NCBI GenBank assembly: GCA_000437235.1
Contig: FR897041.1
Span: forward strand, 20,633-66,577
Direction of reading: 5' to 3'
Length of the DNA: 45,945 nucleotides
Origin: Coprobacillus sp. CAG:826
GTDB taxonomy: Bacteria; Bacillota_I; Bacilli_A; RFN20; CAG-826
Under the pieces are notes generated by a model, which saw only the letters and a program-made list of their open reading frames with translations, did not search any database and was not told the DNA's origin. Shown in pieces: positions 8,787 through 19,196 of the stretch (positions are counted from its first letter, which is position 1; each line of letters opens with the position of its first letter). Both the position numbers and the translations under genes were made by a program.

Positions 8787-10145
8787 ATGGATTTTAAAAC
8801 ACTAATGCGCCCTTATCAAGAAGAAGCGCTTGAAAATTTGAGAAAATGGGTGCAAATTCCCTCGGTTCATGATGAAGCAACCATTCAAGAAGGAAAACCT
8901 TTTGGAAACGATGTCGCTTCCGCTTTAGATTTCATTGCACGTTTAGCGGAAAGCAAAGGATTTGAGGTTAATCGCTGTGATGGTTATTGTACCGAAATCA
9001 TCTGTGGGACCGGAGATAAAATCATCGGCATCTATGCCCATAGCGATGTCGTTCCAGTAAGTGGAGATTGGAAATATCCTCCTTTTAGCGCTACTTTAGC
9101 GGATGATGTTCTTTATGGAAGAGGAACAAGTGACGATAAAGGCCCGGCGATGGCCGCCTTCTATTCTTTAGTCGCATTAAAAGAAAATCATTTAATCGAT
9201 GGCTATCAAGTCCGTTTTGTCATCGGTGGAAATGAAGAAAAAGGTTCCGCTTGTTTAGAGCATTATTTCCATGTTTTAAAGAAGCCCAATCCCACCTATG
9301 GCTTTACCCCTGATGGTGATTTCCCATTAATTTATGGAGAAAAAGGCATTACCAATTATCGTACTTCCGGTGAATTAAAAGTCAAAGAAGTGAAAAAAAT
9401 TCATGCCGGTGTCGTTTCTAATTCCGTTATCGATTTAGCAGACGCTATCGTAACGAAAAAAGAACCCATTGAAGCTTATTTAAAAAATAAAAAGTTCCAA
9501 TACGAATGGAAAGAAGAAGAGGATGGCTTACATTTCATTCTTCATGGAAAAGCCGCTCACGGCTCATTACCCGAATTAGGTATTAATGCTGGTATTCAAA
9601 TGTTAGATGTTTTAGGTCATGCTTATCACGTTGATGAATGGATTCGTTTAGCCGATGCTTATCAAGATCCAAGTGGAAAAACCATGGATGAATTCTATCA
9701 TTCAGATTTATTAAAAGATACTACCTATAACGTGGGTATTATTGAATATGAAAATAACCAATTTTCGATGATTGTGAATTTCCGTTATCCCGAACAAGTG
9801 AAGCCTTTAGCGGTCATTACAAATCTCAACGCCAAGCTTCCTTTCTATACCGAAATTATTTCAACTTCAGAAACATTATTCTTTGATCCAAACTGTGCGA
9901 TGATTCAAAATCTTTTACGCGTTTATCAAGAAGAAACCGGTGATTTAGAAACCCCAATTAAAACCATTGGTGGTGGCACTTACGCTAAAGAATGTAAAAA
10001 CACCGTCGCATTTGGTTCGGCTTTCCCACATAGTGATGACCATATTCACGAAGCAAACGAGCACATTACATTACAAGATTTCTATCAAAGTATGCCCATT
10101 TATGCGCATGCCATTTATTGCTTAGGTAAAGAAACATGCGAATGA
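8787..10145 (+). CDS. M20 family dipeptidase (PepV/Sapep-like)
   Basis: 452-aa protein with AGGAGG RBS. The N-terminus MDFKTLMRPYQEEALENLRKWVQIPSV and metal-binding His/Asp/Glu motifs are typical of M20 dipeptidases. Confidence 0.7.
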   Translation: MDFKTLMRPYQEEALENLRKWVQIPSVHDEATIQEGKPFGNDVASALDFIARLAESKGFEVNRCDGYCTEIICGTGDKIIGIYAHSDVVPVSGDWKYPPFSATLADDVLYGRGTSDDKGPAMAAFYSLVALKENHLIDGYQVRFVIGGNEEKGSACLEHYFHVLKKPNPTYGFTPDGDFPLIYGEKGITNYRTSGELKVKEVKKIHAGVVSNSVIDLADAIVTKKEPIEAYLKNKKFQYEWKEEEDGLHFILHGKAAHGSLPELGINAGIQMLDVLGHAYHVDEWIRLADAYQDPSGKTMDEFYHSDLLKDTTYNVGIIEYENNQFSMIVNFRYPEQVKPLAVITNLNAKLPFYTEIISTSETLFFDPNCAMIQNLLRVYQEETGDLETPIKTIGGGTYAKECKNTVAFGSAFPHSDDHIHEANEHITLQDFYQSMPIYAHAIYCLGKETCE

Positions 10146-10756
10146 AACATAAATCCTGGAGTGAACCTTTTTTAAAAGATCACCCCGAAATTGTAAAAGT
10201 CATCGTCCATCAAGAAGATGTTGATTTTGATTTTTCTTATCCGACTTGTTTAGAAATCGGAACCGGACGCGGTGACTTTATTGTGCAAATGGCCAAAAAA
10301 TATCCGGATTTTCAGTGGATAGGTATTGAAATGAATGTCGATGCCTTAGCCATTACCGCTAAAAAAGTCGTGGAAAGCGGATTAAAAAATATCCAGCTAA
10401 TCCGCCAAAACTTTATCGTGATTGCTTCCTTTTTTCCTTCCTCTTCTTTTAATAAAATTTATTTAAACTTCTCCGATCCATGGCCGAAAAAACGTCATGC
10501 CAAAAGAAGATTAACCGCAGATACATTTTTAAATGAATATCGTCGACTTTTAAAAGATGAGGGTGAATTAGTAATGAAAACCGATAATTATCCTTTATTT
10601 TGCTTTAGTGTCGAAATGTTAGAGCAAGAGAAGTGGAATATTATCTCTTTAGAATCACCTTATGAAGAAATCAAAGAAGAAGATGCTGGAACCGAATATG
10701 AAATGAAATTCCGTTCCTTACATCAACCCATATATCGCTTAAAAGCGAAGAGGTAA
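10136..10756 (+). CDS. trmB: tRNA (guanine46-N7)-methyltransferase
   Basis: SAM-binding motif LEIGTGRGDF and TrmB length and profile. The start overlaps the upstream stop. Confidence 0.8.
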   Translation: MRMKHKSWSEPFLKDHPEIVKVIVHQEDVDFDFSYPTCLEIGTGRGDFIVQMAKKYPDFQWIGIEMNVDALAITAKKVVESGLKNIQLIRQNFIVIASFFPSSSFNKIYLNFSDPWPKKRHAKRRLTADTFLNEYRRLLKDEGELVMKTDNYPLFCFSVEMLEQEKWNIISLESPYEEIKEEDAGTEYEMKFRSLHQPIYRLKAKR

Positions 10757-10760
10757 AATT

Positions 10761-11849
10761 ATGAAATTATTAAGTAAACATCAATTACATTTATTTAAAA
10801 CTTTAACAGAATTATATGCCATTTCTGGTTTAGAAAATGAAGTGGCTAGTTTCTTAAAAGCTACATATGAAAAATTAGGTTATCCAATTATCACCGATCA
10901 AATGGGTTCTATTTTTGCATATAAAAAATCAAAGACCCCCAATGCAAAAAAAGTGATGATTGTTGGTCATATGGATGAAGTGGGATTTATCGTACACTCC
11001 ATTTTAGATAATGGTATGGTAAAAGCGCATCCTATCGGTGGCATTAATGAACAAACTCTTTTATCGAGTCGTGTCGTTTTAAAAGGTAAAAAAGGATATT
11101 TAAAGGGTTGTATTGGAGCAATTCCACCGCATTTAATGACGAAACAAGATTTAGAGCGTCCTACGCAAATTAAAGATATGTTATTTGATTTTGGTATGAC
11201 GTCTAAGAAAGAAGCGGAAGAAGCCGGTATCTTTATGGGTGCGATGATGGTCGTAGAAGGCAAATTTGAAGTCTTAAATGGCGGGAAACGTCTACTAGGT
11301 AAAGCCTTTGATGATCGTTATGGCATCGTTTTAGGTATTGAAATTTTAGAAGCGTTAAAGGATGTAGAACTCCCCTATGATTTATATGTTGGTGGCTCCG
11401 TACAAGAAGAAGTAGGATGTCGAGGCGCTTTTACGTCTTCCTATAAAATTCATCCAGATTTAGCGATTGTTTTAGATTGTTCTCCCGCTAAAGACGCTAC
11501 GGGAGATACTTCAGAATTAGGCGTCTTAGGAAACGGTGTTTTATATCGCGTGATGGACCGCACGATGATTGCGTTCCCTGAATGGATTGAATTTCAACAA
11601 AAATGTGTGAAAAAGAGTCATGCAAAAGGACAATATTATATTTCTCCTGGAGGCACGGATGCCGGTTCCATCCATAAACAATTCGACGGAATTCCTACTT
11701 TAACCCATTGTTTAGTTGCTAGAAATATCCATACTTGTTCTACGATTTTAGATGCAGAAGACTATTTATCCAGCAAAAAATCACTTTTATACATGTTAAA
11801 GCATATGGATATGGATTTATTATCTTGCTTAAGGAGAAATAAAGCATGA
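10761..11849 (+). CDS. M42 family (FrvX/YsdC-like) aminopeptidase
   Basis: VMIVGHMDEVGFIV metal-binding motif; 362 aa. Confidence 0.75.
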   Translation: MKLLSKHQLHLFKTLTELYAISGLENEVASFLKATYEKLGYPIITDQMGSIFAYKKSKTPNAKKVMIVGHMDEVGFIVHSILDNGMVKAHPIGGINEQTLLSSRVVLKGKKGYLKGCIGAIPPHLMTKQDLERPTQIKDMLFDFGMTSKKEAEEAGIFMGAMMVVEGKFEVLNGGKRLLGKAFDDRYGIVLGIEILEALKDVELPYDLYVGGSVQEEVGCRGAFTSSYKIHPDLAIVLDCSPAKDATGDTSELGVLGNGVLYRVMDRTMIAFPEWIEFQQKCVKKSHAKGQYYISPGGTDAGSIHKQFDGIPTLTHCLVARNIHTCSTILDAEDYLSSKKSLLYMLKHMDMDLLSCLRRNKA

Positions 11850-12385
11850 GTTGGGCTAGCTACTATCACCATGCGCTTTTTGGCGATGTATTGCTTTTAA
11901 TATATGAGCCAGAGGCTCGTCCTTTTTCTAATCAAAAAAAGGGAAATGTAGTAGCAATTTATGATGAAAAAAATACCTTAATTGGTGTTAATATTTTTGA
12001 TTTTTCTTCGTTTATGAAGATGAAAGCAAAAGGAAGAATTCCTGTTTTCCCGCATCCTGTTTTAGAAGTCATTAATAATATTTTAAAAAATGCGAATCTT
12101 CCCACTTTAGAAGAGCCAAAAACAAGTGGTTTTATTATTGGTACAGTAAAAGAAATAAAAGAAAATACGATGTTAGTTTCTTATCAAAATCAAGAATTTG
12201 AAATGAAACGAATTCCTATTTTAGTAGGAGAGCAACTTCTTATTGCTTTACCCGAAACAATCTTATTTAATGGGAAAAAAGTTCATGAATATTATCCAAT
12301 AAAAGAAAACGAAATGGAAGCATTAACTTCTAACGAATATATTGTTTTTCATCGCGAAAAAGAGGAAGATTTCTTTTTACGCTAA
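11846..12385 (+). CDS. YtpR-like (DUF4479 / tRNA-binding-like) protein
   Basis: GDVLLLIY...GNVVAIYDEKNTLIGVNIFDFSSF parallels B. subtilis YtpR (GDTLLIS...GDVVKIFNNETKETTGFNIFNASSY). AAGGAG RBS, start overlapping the upstream stop by 4 nt. Confidence 0.45.
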   Translation: MSWASYYHHALFGDVLLLIYEPEARPFSNQKKGNVVAIYDEKNTLIGVNIFDFSSFMKMKAKGRIPVFPHPVLEVINNILKNANLPTLEEPKTSGFIIGTVKEIKENTMLVSYQNQEFEMKRIPILVGEQLLIALPETILFNGKKVHEYYPIKENEMEALTSNEYIVFHREKEEDFFLR

Positions 12386-12511
12386 TTCACATTTTGATTA
12401 CAATAAAAAGCGCAGAAATGGCATATTTATTTTACTTTAACCATAAATTAGTATTGATATTTTTGTCTTGAAGCGGTACAATCAAATCATAAGGGAAAGG
12501 AGATAAATATC

Positions 12512-12748
12512 ATGACATTTGATAAGTGGTTTAATCAACAAGATCGTCTTGTTCAAATCATCCTTTTATTAATTCCAGGTTTAAACTGGATTATGGAAAT
12601 TTTAATTAGACTTTCTGTTTTCTTAAGAAAGAAAGACATAGTTTCCTTATTATTGTTCATTTTGGTTATTCCTGGTGTTGGTGTTGTCTTAGGTTGGGTT
12701 GACTTAATTTGGACCTTACTCTTTGGACATCTCATCTTAGCTGACTAG
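12512..12748 (+). CDS. Small 2-TM membrane protein (78 aa)
   Basis: Strong RBS AAAGGAG and a hydrophobic sequence. Its own promoter is TTGATA-N16-TACAAT. Confidence 0.5.
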   Translation: MTFDKWFNQQDRLVQIILLLIPGLNWIMEILIRLSVFLRKKDIVSLLLFILVIPGVGVVLGWVDLIWTLLFGHLILAD

Positions 12749-12763
12749 CTAAAGAAGTGAAAA

Positions 12764-12792
12764 GAACATCCCTTATGGATGTTTTTTTTTGC
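12764..12792 (+). terminator. Intrinsic terminator
   Basis: acatcc..ggatgt stem followed by a T9 run. Confidence 0.5.
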
Positions 12793-12865
12793 CTAATTTG
12801 CCATATTTTCCGTTCTATGATAAGATAGGGTATCTTTTTTAAGATGATAAAGACGAGGAAAAAGA

Positions 12866-13636
12866 ATGAAGACAGTACTAATTACCGGAACAAGCAGTGG
12901 AATTGGTTATGCTTTAGCTGCTTTTCTTGTAAAAAAAGGTTATCAAGTCTTTGGTCTCTCTCGAAGAGAAACCAAAATAAAAGGTGTGATTTCTATTCAT
13001 TTAGATATCACGAAACAAGAAAGCATCGAGCAAACATTAAAAGAAGTTTTGCAATATACCGATCACATCGACTATTTGATTCAAAATGCAGGTATGGGAA
13101 TTGCGGGTTCTATTGAAAATGCCACAAAAGAAGATATTGAATTACAGTTTAATACAAATCTTTTTGGACCGATTTATTTTCTTCAAGCCTGTTTAAAATA
13201 TATGAGTAAAGGTGGTCGCATCATTCATGTAGGTTCAATGGCGGGTGATTTAACTATTCCTTATCAAAGCTTTTATTCCATGTCGAAAGCGGCATTAGAT
13301 AAATTTTCGGAAGCATTATCCATGGAGTTATATGAAAAGGGAATTAAAGTCACAACCGTTTTACCAGGGGACACAAAAACCGAATTTACGAAGAATCGAA
13401 AAAAGAATATTTTAAAAGAAGAAGAAAAGGTGAATCATTCCGTTTCTAAAATGGAAAAAGATGAGCAAAAAGGCGCTTCACCCCACCAAGTTAGTAAAGT
13501 CATTTATCGCGTGATGAAAAGAAAACACCCACCCATTCGGGTAGCGGTTGGCTTTCCATATCGTCTATTTTTATTTTTAGAAAGAATATTACCCCGCAAG
13601 GCGATTTTATTTTTTATTAGGAAATTATATCGCTAG
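12866..13636 (+). CDS. Short-chain dehydrogenase/reductase (SDR) family oxidoreductase
   Basis: TGTSSGIG Rossmann motif and a YxxxK catalytic pair (YSMSK). Confidence 0.75.
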   Translation: MKTVLITGTSSGIGYALAAFLVKKGYQVFGLSRRETKIKGVISIHLDITKQESIEQTLKEVLQYTDHIDYLIQNAGMGIAGSIENATKEDIELQFNTNLFGPIYFLQACLKYMSKGGRIIHVGSMAGDLTIPYQSFYSMSKAALDKFSEALSMELYEKGIKVTTVLPGDTKTEFTKNRKKNILKEEEKVNHSVSKMEKDEQKGASPHQVSKVIYRVMKRKHPPIRVAVGFPYRLFLFLERILPRKAILFFIRKLYR

Positions 13637-13665
13637 GGTGTATAATTGAAAAAAAGGAGTTTATT

Positions 13666-14793
13666 ATGATTGAAATTAAAGAAGTAAAGGGAAGAAGAAT
13701 GTTAAAACAATTTATTGACTTCCCCACGAAGTTATATAAAGATTGTCCTTACTTTACCCCTTATTTATATGAAGATGAAGTAAATAATTTAACGCCCAAA
13801 AAGAATCCAGCTTTTTCTTATTGCGATTTTAAATTATTTTTAGCTTATCAAGATAAAAAAATTGTTGGTCGTATTTGTGGTATTATCAACCACTTCGCTA
13901 ACAATAAATATAATCAAAAACGCGTTCGTTTCAACCGTATTGATATGATTGATGATATTGAAGTCACGAAAGCTTTAATTCATGCCGTTGAAGAATTTGG
14001 TTTGGCGTACGGCATGGAAGAAATTTGTGGACCTTTAGGTTATAGTGACCAAGATAAAGAAGGTATGTTAATCAAAGGGTTTGATCAACTCAATATGTTT
14101 GTGACTTTCTATACCCATGAATATTATATTCATCATATGCAAGCCTTAGGCTTTGTTGAAGACGCTAGATGGAAAGAATATAAGATTTTCTTCCCTAAAG
14201 AAGTAGATCCTAAAATTCGTCGTTTATCAGAATTTGTGCAAAAGAAATATAAATTACATCTTCAAAAAATTCGTTCTAAACGTGAACTTAAAAAGAAAGA
14301 TATTATTGAAGTGTTAAAATTAATGAATGTTTGCTACGCAAATTTATATGGCTATGTCCCTATTGAAGAAAAACACATGATGCATTTAGCAGGAGAATAT
14401 TTTCCTTTACTTCATTTAGATTATCTTCAACTTGTACGCGATGAAAATGAAAAGCTTGTTGCTTTTGGTTTAATGATTCCAACCCCTGTTAAAGCATTAA
14501 AAAAACATAACGGACATTTATATCCTTTTGGCTTTATTGATTTCTTACATGATTTAAAACACGCAAAAGTATTAGATATGCTTTTAGTTGCCGTTGATCC
14601 CGCTTATCAATCTTCGGGTGCGATGGCAATCATCTTTGAAAAAGCCATTGAAAACGCGATTAAAAATAAAATGGAACATGCTGAAACTGGTCCAGAACTT
14701 GAATACAATGACAAAGTTCAATCGTTATGGAAATCCTTCGATCACGAATGCCATAAAGAAAGAGTGTGCTTTGTGAAAAAAATTGGTGCATAA
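13666..14793 (+). CDS. GNAT-like N-acyltransferase-fold protein of a conserved ~370-aa Firmicute family
   Basis: The N-terminal pattern (IK.V.....L..F..FP..LYKD.PY..P) and length are recalled from a family annotated as GNAT. AAGGAG RBS. Confidence 0.45.
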   Translation: MIEIKEVKGRRMLKQFIDFPTKLYKDCPYFTPYLYEDEVNNLTPKKNPAFSYCDFKLFLAYQDKKIVGRICGIINHFANNKYNQKRVRFNRIDMIDDIEVTKALIHAVEEFGLAYGMEEICGPLGYSDQDKEGMLIKGFDQLNMFVTFYTHEYYIHHMQALGFVEDARWKEYKIFFPKEVDPKIRRLSEFVQKKYKLHLQKIRSKRELKKKDIIEVLKLMNVCYANLYGYVPIEEKHMMHLAGEYFPLLHLDYLQLVRDENEKLVAFGLMIPTPVKALKKHNGHLYPFGFIDFLHDLKHAKVLDMLLVAVDPAYQSSGAMAIIFEKAIENAIKNKMEHAETGPELEYNDKVQSLWKSFDHECHKERVCFVKKIGA

Positions 14794-14814
14794 GGAAAAA
14801 TGTAGAGTGCTCTC
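14787..14814 (+). terminator. Intrinsic terminator
   Basis: atgtagag tgct ctctacat hairpin followed by T6. Confidence 0.55.
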
Positions 14815-14917
14815 TACATTTTTTAATGATTAAAAATGATATATCTCCATCATAAAAAAGGCATAGAAAAAAAAGAGAAATCCTTTTATAATAAAGGTGA
14901 ATAGGAGATGAATAGGA

Positions 14918-15409
14918 ATGAAAAATAAAGAAGAAAAAACGAACGCTATTCGTCTTTTAGAACAAAAGAAGATTCCTTTTAAAGTCCATAGTTATTCAAA
15001 TACCGATGCCATTAGTGGAGTGGAAGTGGCAGCCATACTTCATGAAGACCCAACGCATGTTTTTAAAACGCTTGTAACCGTCGGAAAAAGTAATCAACAT
15101 TACGTCTTTATTGTTCCGGTAGCGGAAGAGCTTGATTTAAAAAAAGCCGCAAGTGTAGTGAAAGAAAAAAACATGAGTATGATTAAATCCAAAGAATTAT
15201 TACCTTTAACCGGTTATATTCATGGAGGATGTTCTCCTGTCGGTATGAAAAAGCTCTTTAAAACGGTAATTCATAGTACCGCTAAAAACTATTCAACCAT
15301 TTTTGTAAGTGGTGGGATGATTGGTTTACAAATAGAACTTTCTTTAGAGGACTTAAAGAAAGTCGTGCCGATTTTAGAAGCCGATATTATCGTAGATAAA
15401 AAAGAATAA
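14918..15409 (+). CDS. ybaK: Cys-tRNA(Pro)/Cys-tRNA(Cys) deacylase YbaK
   Basis: 163 aa. N-terminus TNAIRLLEQKKIPFKVHSY and the GG..P motif in HGGCSPVG. Confidence 0.75.
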   Translation: MKNKEEKTNAIRLLEQKKIPFKVHSYSNTDAISGVEVAAILHEDPTHVFKTLVTVGKSNQHYVFIVPVAEELDLKKAASVVKEKNMSMIKSKELLPLTGYIHGGCSPVGMKKLFKTVIHSTAKNYSTIFVSGGMIGLQIELSLEDLKKVVPILEADIIVDKKE

Positions 15410-15415
15410 AAAAAG

Positions 15416-15458
15416 AAAGTACTTTAAACCCTAAAAAGGGAAAAGAAGTACTTTTTTT
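15416..15458 (+). terminator. Nested-hairpin intrinsic terminator
   Basis: Outer stem aaagtac/gtacttt, inner ccc-taaaaa-ggg, then T7. Confidence 0.5.
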
Positions 15459-15504
15459 CATAAATAAAATCACCATTTCTTTCATATATTCTAGTGGTGA
15501 TAAA

Positions 15505-16785
15505 ATGAAATATTATTTAGTGGGAATTAAAGGCACAGGAATGTCCGCATTAGCGGGACTTCTCCATGATGATGGTCATTTAGTCGGTGGAATGGATGTC
15601 GATAAGGACATTTTTACTGAAAAAGAGTTACTTAAGAAAGAAATTTACATCGATTCGCTTTCATTTCGTAATTTTATGTGGGTGGATTTATTTATTATTG
15701 GCCATCAATTTATGGAAAGTGAAGTGCATCAATATATTAAAGACCATCATCTTCCATGGATGGAATATCATGAATTTGTTGAAAGTTATGCCAAAAATAA
15801 AATATCGATTGCGGTATCAGGAACGCACGGAAAAACGACAACTGTAGGTATGCTTTATCAAGCCTTATCTTCTTTTCATCCCACTTCTATGTTACGCGGA
15901 GATGGTGTAGGAAAAGGTGGAAAGAACTGTAATTATTTTGTTTTTGAAGCTTGCGAATATGAAAAGCATTTTTTAGTTTATCATCCCGATTCTTTAATTA
16001 TTACCAATATTGATTATGATCACGTCGATACTTATCCAACAAAAGAAGATTATGACCGTACTTTTCAACAATATGTGTTACAAGCTAAAGAACTCTTTAT
16101 CAACATTGATGATGTAAATAAGGTAGAACACCCTAAAATAGTGACCTTTGGACTAAAAAAAGAGGCTGATTATGCGTGTTTAGATGCAAAACAAACGGAA
16201 AAAGGGATTGGCGGAACACTTTTATATAAAGATCAATCTCTTCCATTTTTTCTTCCGTTTTATGGAGAACATAATTTAATGCATGCTTTAGCGGTTTTTG
16301 CTTATTTAGATACCCATCATTATGACTTAGAAAAAGGATTAGGCGCATTAACAAAATTTACCAGTGTAAATCGGAGATTGGAGTGCACGATAATTAACGA
16401 TGACGTGTTTATTGATGATTATGCGCATCATCCGAAAGAAATTGAAGCAACTCTTCAAGCGGTTCGGGCCATGTATCCTAGTCACAAAGTCATAATTTTC
16501 TTTAAACCGGATCGCTATACTCGTCTTCTTGCATTTCAAGAAGAATTTAAGGTTGCTCTAGATAAAGCAGATCAAAGCTATGTGCTTCCTCTTTATGAGC
16601 ATGTTGAAGGGTATCACGATAGTCGTATTCTTTGTGAAAATAACGCATCTACTTATTTAGCGGATGAAAACGATTTACAAAATCTACATTTTCCTTCATT
16701 TCCTCTTGTTTTTGTCTATTTAAGTTCGAAAAAAATGAAAGATTGGATTCAAAAGATTGTAAAAAATCGTGAAAGCAAAAGTTGA
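15505..16785 (+). CDS. murC: UDP-N-acetylmuramate--L-alanine ligase
   Basis: N-terminus YYLVGIKGTGMSALAGLLHDDGH and P-loop VSGTHGKTTT, co-linear with B. subtilis MurC. Confidence 0.75.
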   Translation: MKYYLVGIKGTGMSALAGLLHDDGHLVGGMDVDKDIFTEKELLKKEIYIDSLSFRNFMWVDLFIIGHQFMESEVHQYIKDHHLPWMEYHEFVESYAKNKISIAVSGTHGKTTTVGMLYQALSSFHPTSMLRGDGVGKGGKNCNYFVFEACEYEKHFLVYHPDSLIITNIDYDHVDTYPTKEDYDRTFQQYVLQAKELFINIDDVNKVEHPKIVTFGLKKEADYACLDAKQTEKGIGGTLLYKDQSLPFFLPFYGEHNLMHALAVFAYLDTHHYDLEKGLGALTKFTSVNRRLECTIINDDVFIDDYAHHPKEIEATLQAVRAMYPSHKVIIFFKPDRYTRLLAFQEEFKVALDKADQSYVLPLYEHVEGYHDSRILCENNASTYLADENDLQNLHFPSFPLVFVYLSSKKMKDWIQKIVKNRESKS

Positions 16786-16810
16786 CAGTGAAAATATTTT
16801 CATGTAGAAT
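16782..16810 (+). promoter_or_regulatory. sigma-A promoter for the small protein gene at 16861
   Basis: TTGACA (overlapping the murC stop), 17-nt spacer, TAGAAT. Confidence 0.45.
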
Positions 16811-16860
16811 AGTGTTGTCGCGTAGGTACCCAAACTTTTAATAAAAAAGGAGGGTAATTT

Positions 16861-17196
16861 ATGCAGATGAAAATGTTCGCATTTGAATGTGGTTTATTAA
16901 TGGGAATGGCTGCGGTTTGTCTTCTTCCTCCCGTGAGGAATGAAATGAAAACGATGTTTCAAAAAGCTAAAAATTCCATGCAATCAACCAAGAAAGTGCT
17001 GTTAGCTAAAGGAAAGAAACTCAAAGAAGATACCTTAGATGCGGCAAGTGATATCCGTGATGATGTCCAAGACTTAGCAGAAAGTATTATGAATGAAACG
17101 GAGTCCATCAATATGAAGGGACTCACGCCTTCCATTAAAAAAGCGCTCGCAAAAATTAAAGCGCATGCAGTATCTTTAAAAAGCCTAACTGAATAG
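16861..17196 (+). CDS. Small N-terminally membrane-anchored helical protein (111 aa)
   Basis: Strong RBS AAAAGGAGGG. A hydrophobic N-terminus is followed by amphipathic helices. Its own promoter and terminator are present. Confidence 0.5.
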   Translation: MQMKMFAFECGLLMGMAAVCLLPPVRNEMKTMFQKAKNSMQSTKKVLLAKGKKLKEDTLDAASDIRDDVQDLAESIMNETESINMKGLTPSIKKALAKIKAHAVSLKSLTE

Positions 17197-17208
17197 CAAT
17201 TCTCATCA

Positions 17209-17236
17209 TAAAGCGCGACTAGGCGCTTTTTTTTAG
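17209..17236 (+). terminator. Intrinsic terminator
   Basis: aagcgc-gactag-gcgctt hairpin followed by T8. Confidence 0.55.
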
Positions 17237-17254
17237 ATTAAGGGAGGGTTAATC

Positions 17255-18250
17255 ATGAAAAATACAAAGGATCGTGTCACAATTTATGAAGTTGCAAGAG
17301 CAAGTGGCGTCTCATTAGCAACTGTTAGCCGTGTTATCAATAAGCAAGGTAATGTTACTGAAGCTACGCGTAAGAAAGTAGAAGAAACCATCGTTCGTTT
17401 AGGATATAAACCATCCGCTTTAGCCCAAGCTTTAGCGACTAACCGTTCGACGAATATTGGTGTTGTTATCCCATCCGCTAACTACGTTTACATTTCCAAT
17501 ATGTTAAATGGTATTACCGATGCCGCCAAAGAAAAAGGATATGTATTAACTTTATTTGTTACTTCTCATTCTCGTGATGATGCGAAACAAATGATTGAAA
17601 AAGTTATTACTTCCCATGTCGATGGCGCGATTATCTTTGATGATGAATTAGATGTAGAAGATGTGAATCACATCTTATCTTATTCTGTACCAGTCATCGC
17701 TGTGAATAACGATATCGTGGGTGAAAAAGTAGGTTCCATTTCTTTTGGATATGAACACAAAGTCAAAAATATTATTCGTGAATATTTCAAAAATGGCGAT
17801 AAGAAAATGTACTTCTTACACGCTCATAACTGTGGCCGTTTATTAGAAAGAATTGAAAAAGCCTTTATTTCCGTTCACTTAGAAGAAAATCGTAGTTATG
17901 GTTTATTATCTTGCGATGATTCTTATAATCGTACTTATACCGATTTCTTAGAATTCTTCAAAACCACCAAGAAAGGTTATTTCTTAGCGTATCGTGATTC
18001 TTTAGCGGCCGCGATTACAAACGCTGCGGTTGATTCAGGTTTACGTGTTCCTGAAGATGTTGAAGTTCTTTCCATCATCGGAACTAAATATGCGGCTATC
18101 ACTCGTCCTCAACTTTCAAGCATGCACATTGATATGTACCAAGTTGGTAAACAAGCAATGATGATGTTAAATGGACTTTTAGATGGTACCTTAGAAGAAA
18201 AGCATTATAAATTTGAATCTAGCTTTGTTCCTAAGATGTCTACTAAATAA
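17255..18250 (+). CDS. LacI family transcriptional regulator (orphan; no adjacent sugar catabolic genes)
   Basis: HTH segment VTIYEVARASGVSLATVSRVIN plus a periplasmic-binding-protein-like core. GGGAGGG RBS. Confidence 0.8.
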   Translation: MKNTKDRVTIYEVARASGVSLATVSRVINKQGNVTEATRKKVEETIVRLGYKPSALAQALATNRSTNIGVVIPSANYVYISNMLNGITDAAKEKGYVLTLFVTSHSRDDAKQMIEKVITSHVDGAIIFDDELDVEDVNHILSYSVPVIAVNNDIVGEKVGSISFGYEHKVKNIIREYFKNGDKKMYFLHAHNCGRLLERIEKAFISVHLEENRSYGLLSCDDSYNRTYTDFLEFFKTTKKGYFLAYRDSLAAAITNAAVDSGLRVPEDVEVLSIIGTKYAAITRPQLSSMHIDMYQVGKQAMMMLNGLLDGTLEEKHYKFESSFVPKMSTK

Positions 18251-18599
18251 AAAACATATTACCATTAAAAAAGTAGGAGAGCAATTTTCTACTTTTTTAA
18301 TGCTTAGAATTAATTAAAAAAATTATATTTATAAAAAAATAGAAGAATAATGATAATATTTTGAACACACTAGATAATATGCTTAGTATTTTTGTAAATA
18401 TATTAAAAATAATGCTATTTTAAATATATTTATATGATAATATAAAAATGTAATGGGAGTAGAGTTGCAAATTCTCTTGCTAAATTTATTTCTCAAAACT
18501 TTACAAGAAGTGCATTAATAATTTAGGACACAACAGCAGCAACTTATGGAGCAAGTTATTGGTTAGGAAAAATTAATTGGGGATTCTAGGAGGAAAAAT

Positions 18600-19061
18600 A
18601 TGGAATTGTTGTATTTGGTTGGAACTATATGGTCAATTTTATTAATAACATTTGCTATATGTCTTGATACTAGAAGACCAATGTCGACAAAATTGAAATA
18701 TAAATATAGAGTTAAGGATGATTCTATTTTTAGAAAAATAATAAAATTTGAAGATAAAGAAAATTATCCTTGCAATTATTTTAAAATCGTTCCATTTTAT
18801 GTGTTTTTCTTATTAGCGATTTTAAGTTTAATCTTATTATTTGTTGATATGTTTGCTGAGGGATTAATTACAAATGTTATTTCAGGAAGAGTGTTTAAAA
18901 TCATAATAATATTCTTTTTTGGTATTAGTATATTATACTTCCTTGTTATTGTTATTTGGTGGGAAATTGTTGATTATAACGAGCTTAAATTCACCAAAGA
19001 AGAAAAGAAAAAATTGAAACAACTAAAAAAAATTAGGAAAGAAAATAAAAAAAATAAGTAA
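18600..19061 (+). CDS. Small membrane protein with Lys-rich C-terminal tail, inside a very AT-rich islet
   Basis: AGGAGG RBS and 3-4 predicted TM segments. The tail KKKLKQLKKIRKENKKNK is highly basic. Local GC is well below that of neighbouring genes. Confidence 0.45.
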   Translation: MELLYLVGTIWSILLITFAICLDTRRPMSTKLKYKYRVKDDSIFRKIIKFEDKENYPCNYFKIVPFYVFFLLAILSLILLFVDMFAEGLITNVISGRVFKIIIIFFFGISILYFLVIVIWWEIVDYNELKFTKEEKKKLKQLKKIRKENKKNK

Positions 19062-19196
19062 TAACGAATTACTCTCATAAGCAAAAACTAAGGGACTGAT
19101 AAGAAAATAAAAAGTTCCATGCAGTTTCTTTTATGCTTGTCAGATTTTGCAAAAAATAGGATAATTATGACTAATCAACTCAGCTAAATAGTAGTA

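Noticed and set aside
12844-13116. 90-aa ORF overlapping the start of the SDR gene in another frame
   Set aside because: Its product is Cys/Arg/Ser-rich low-complexity sequence. The SDR frame has the RBS and conserved motifs.
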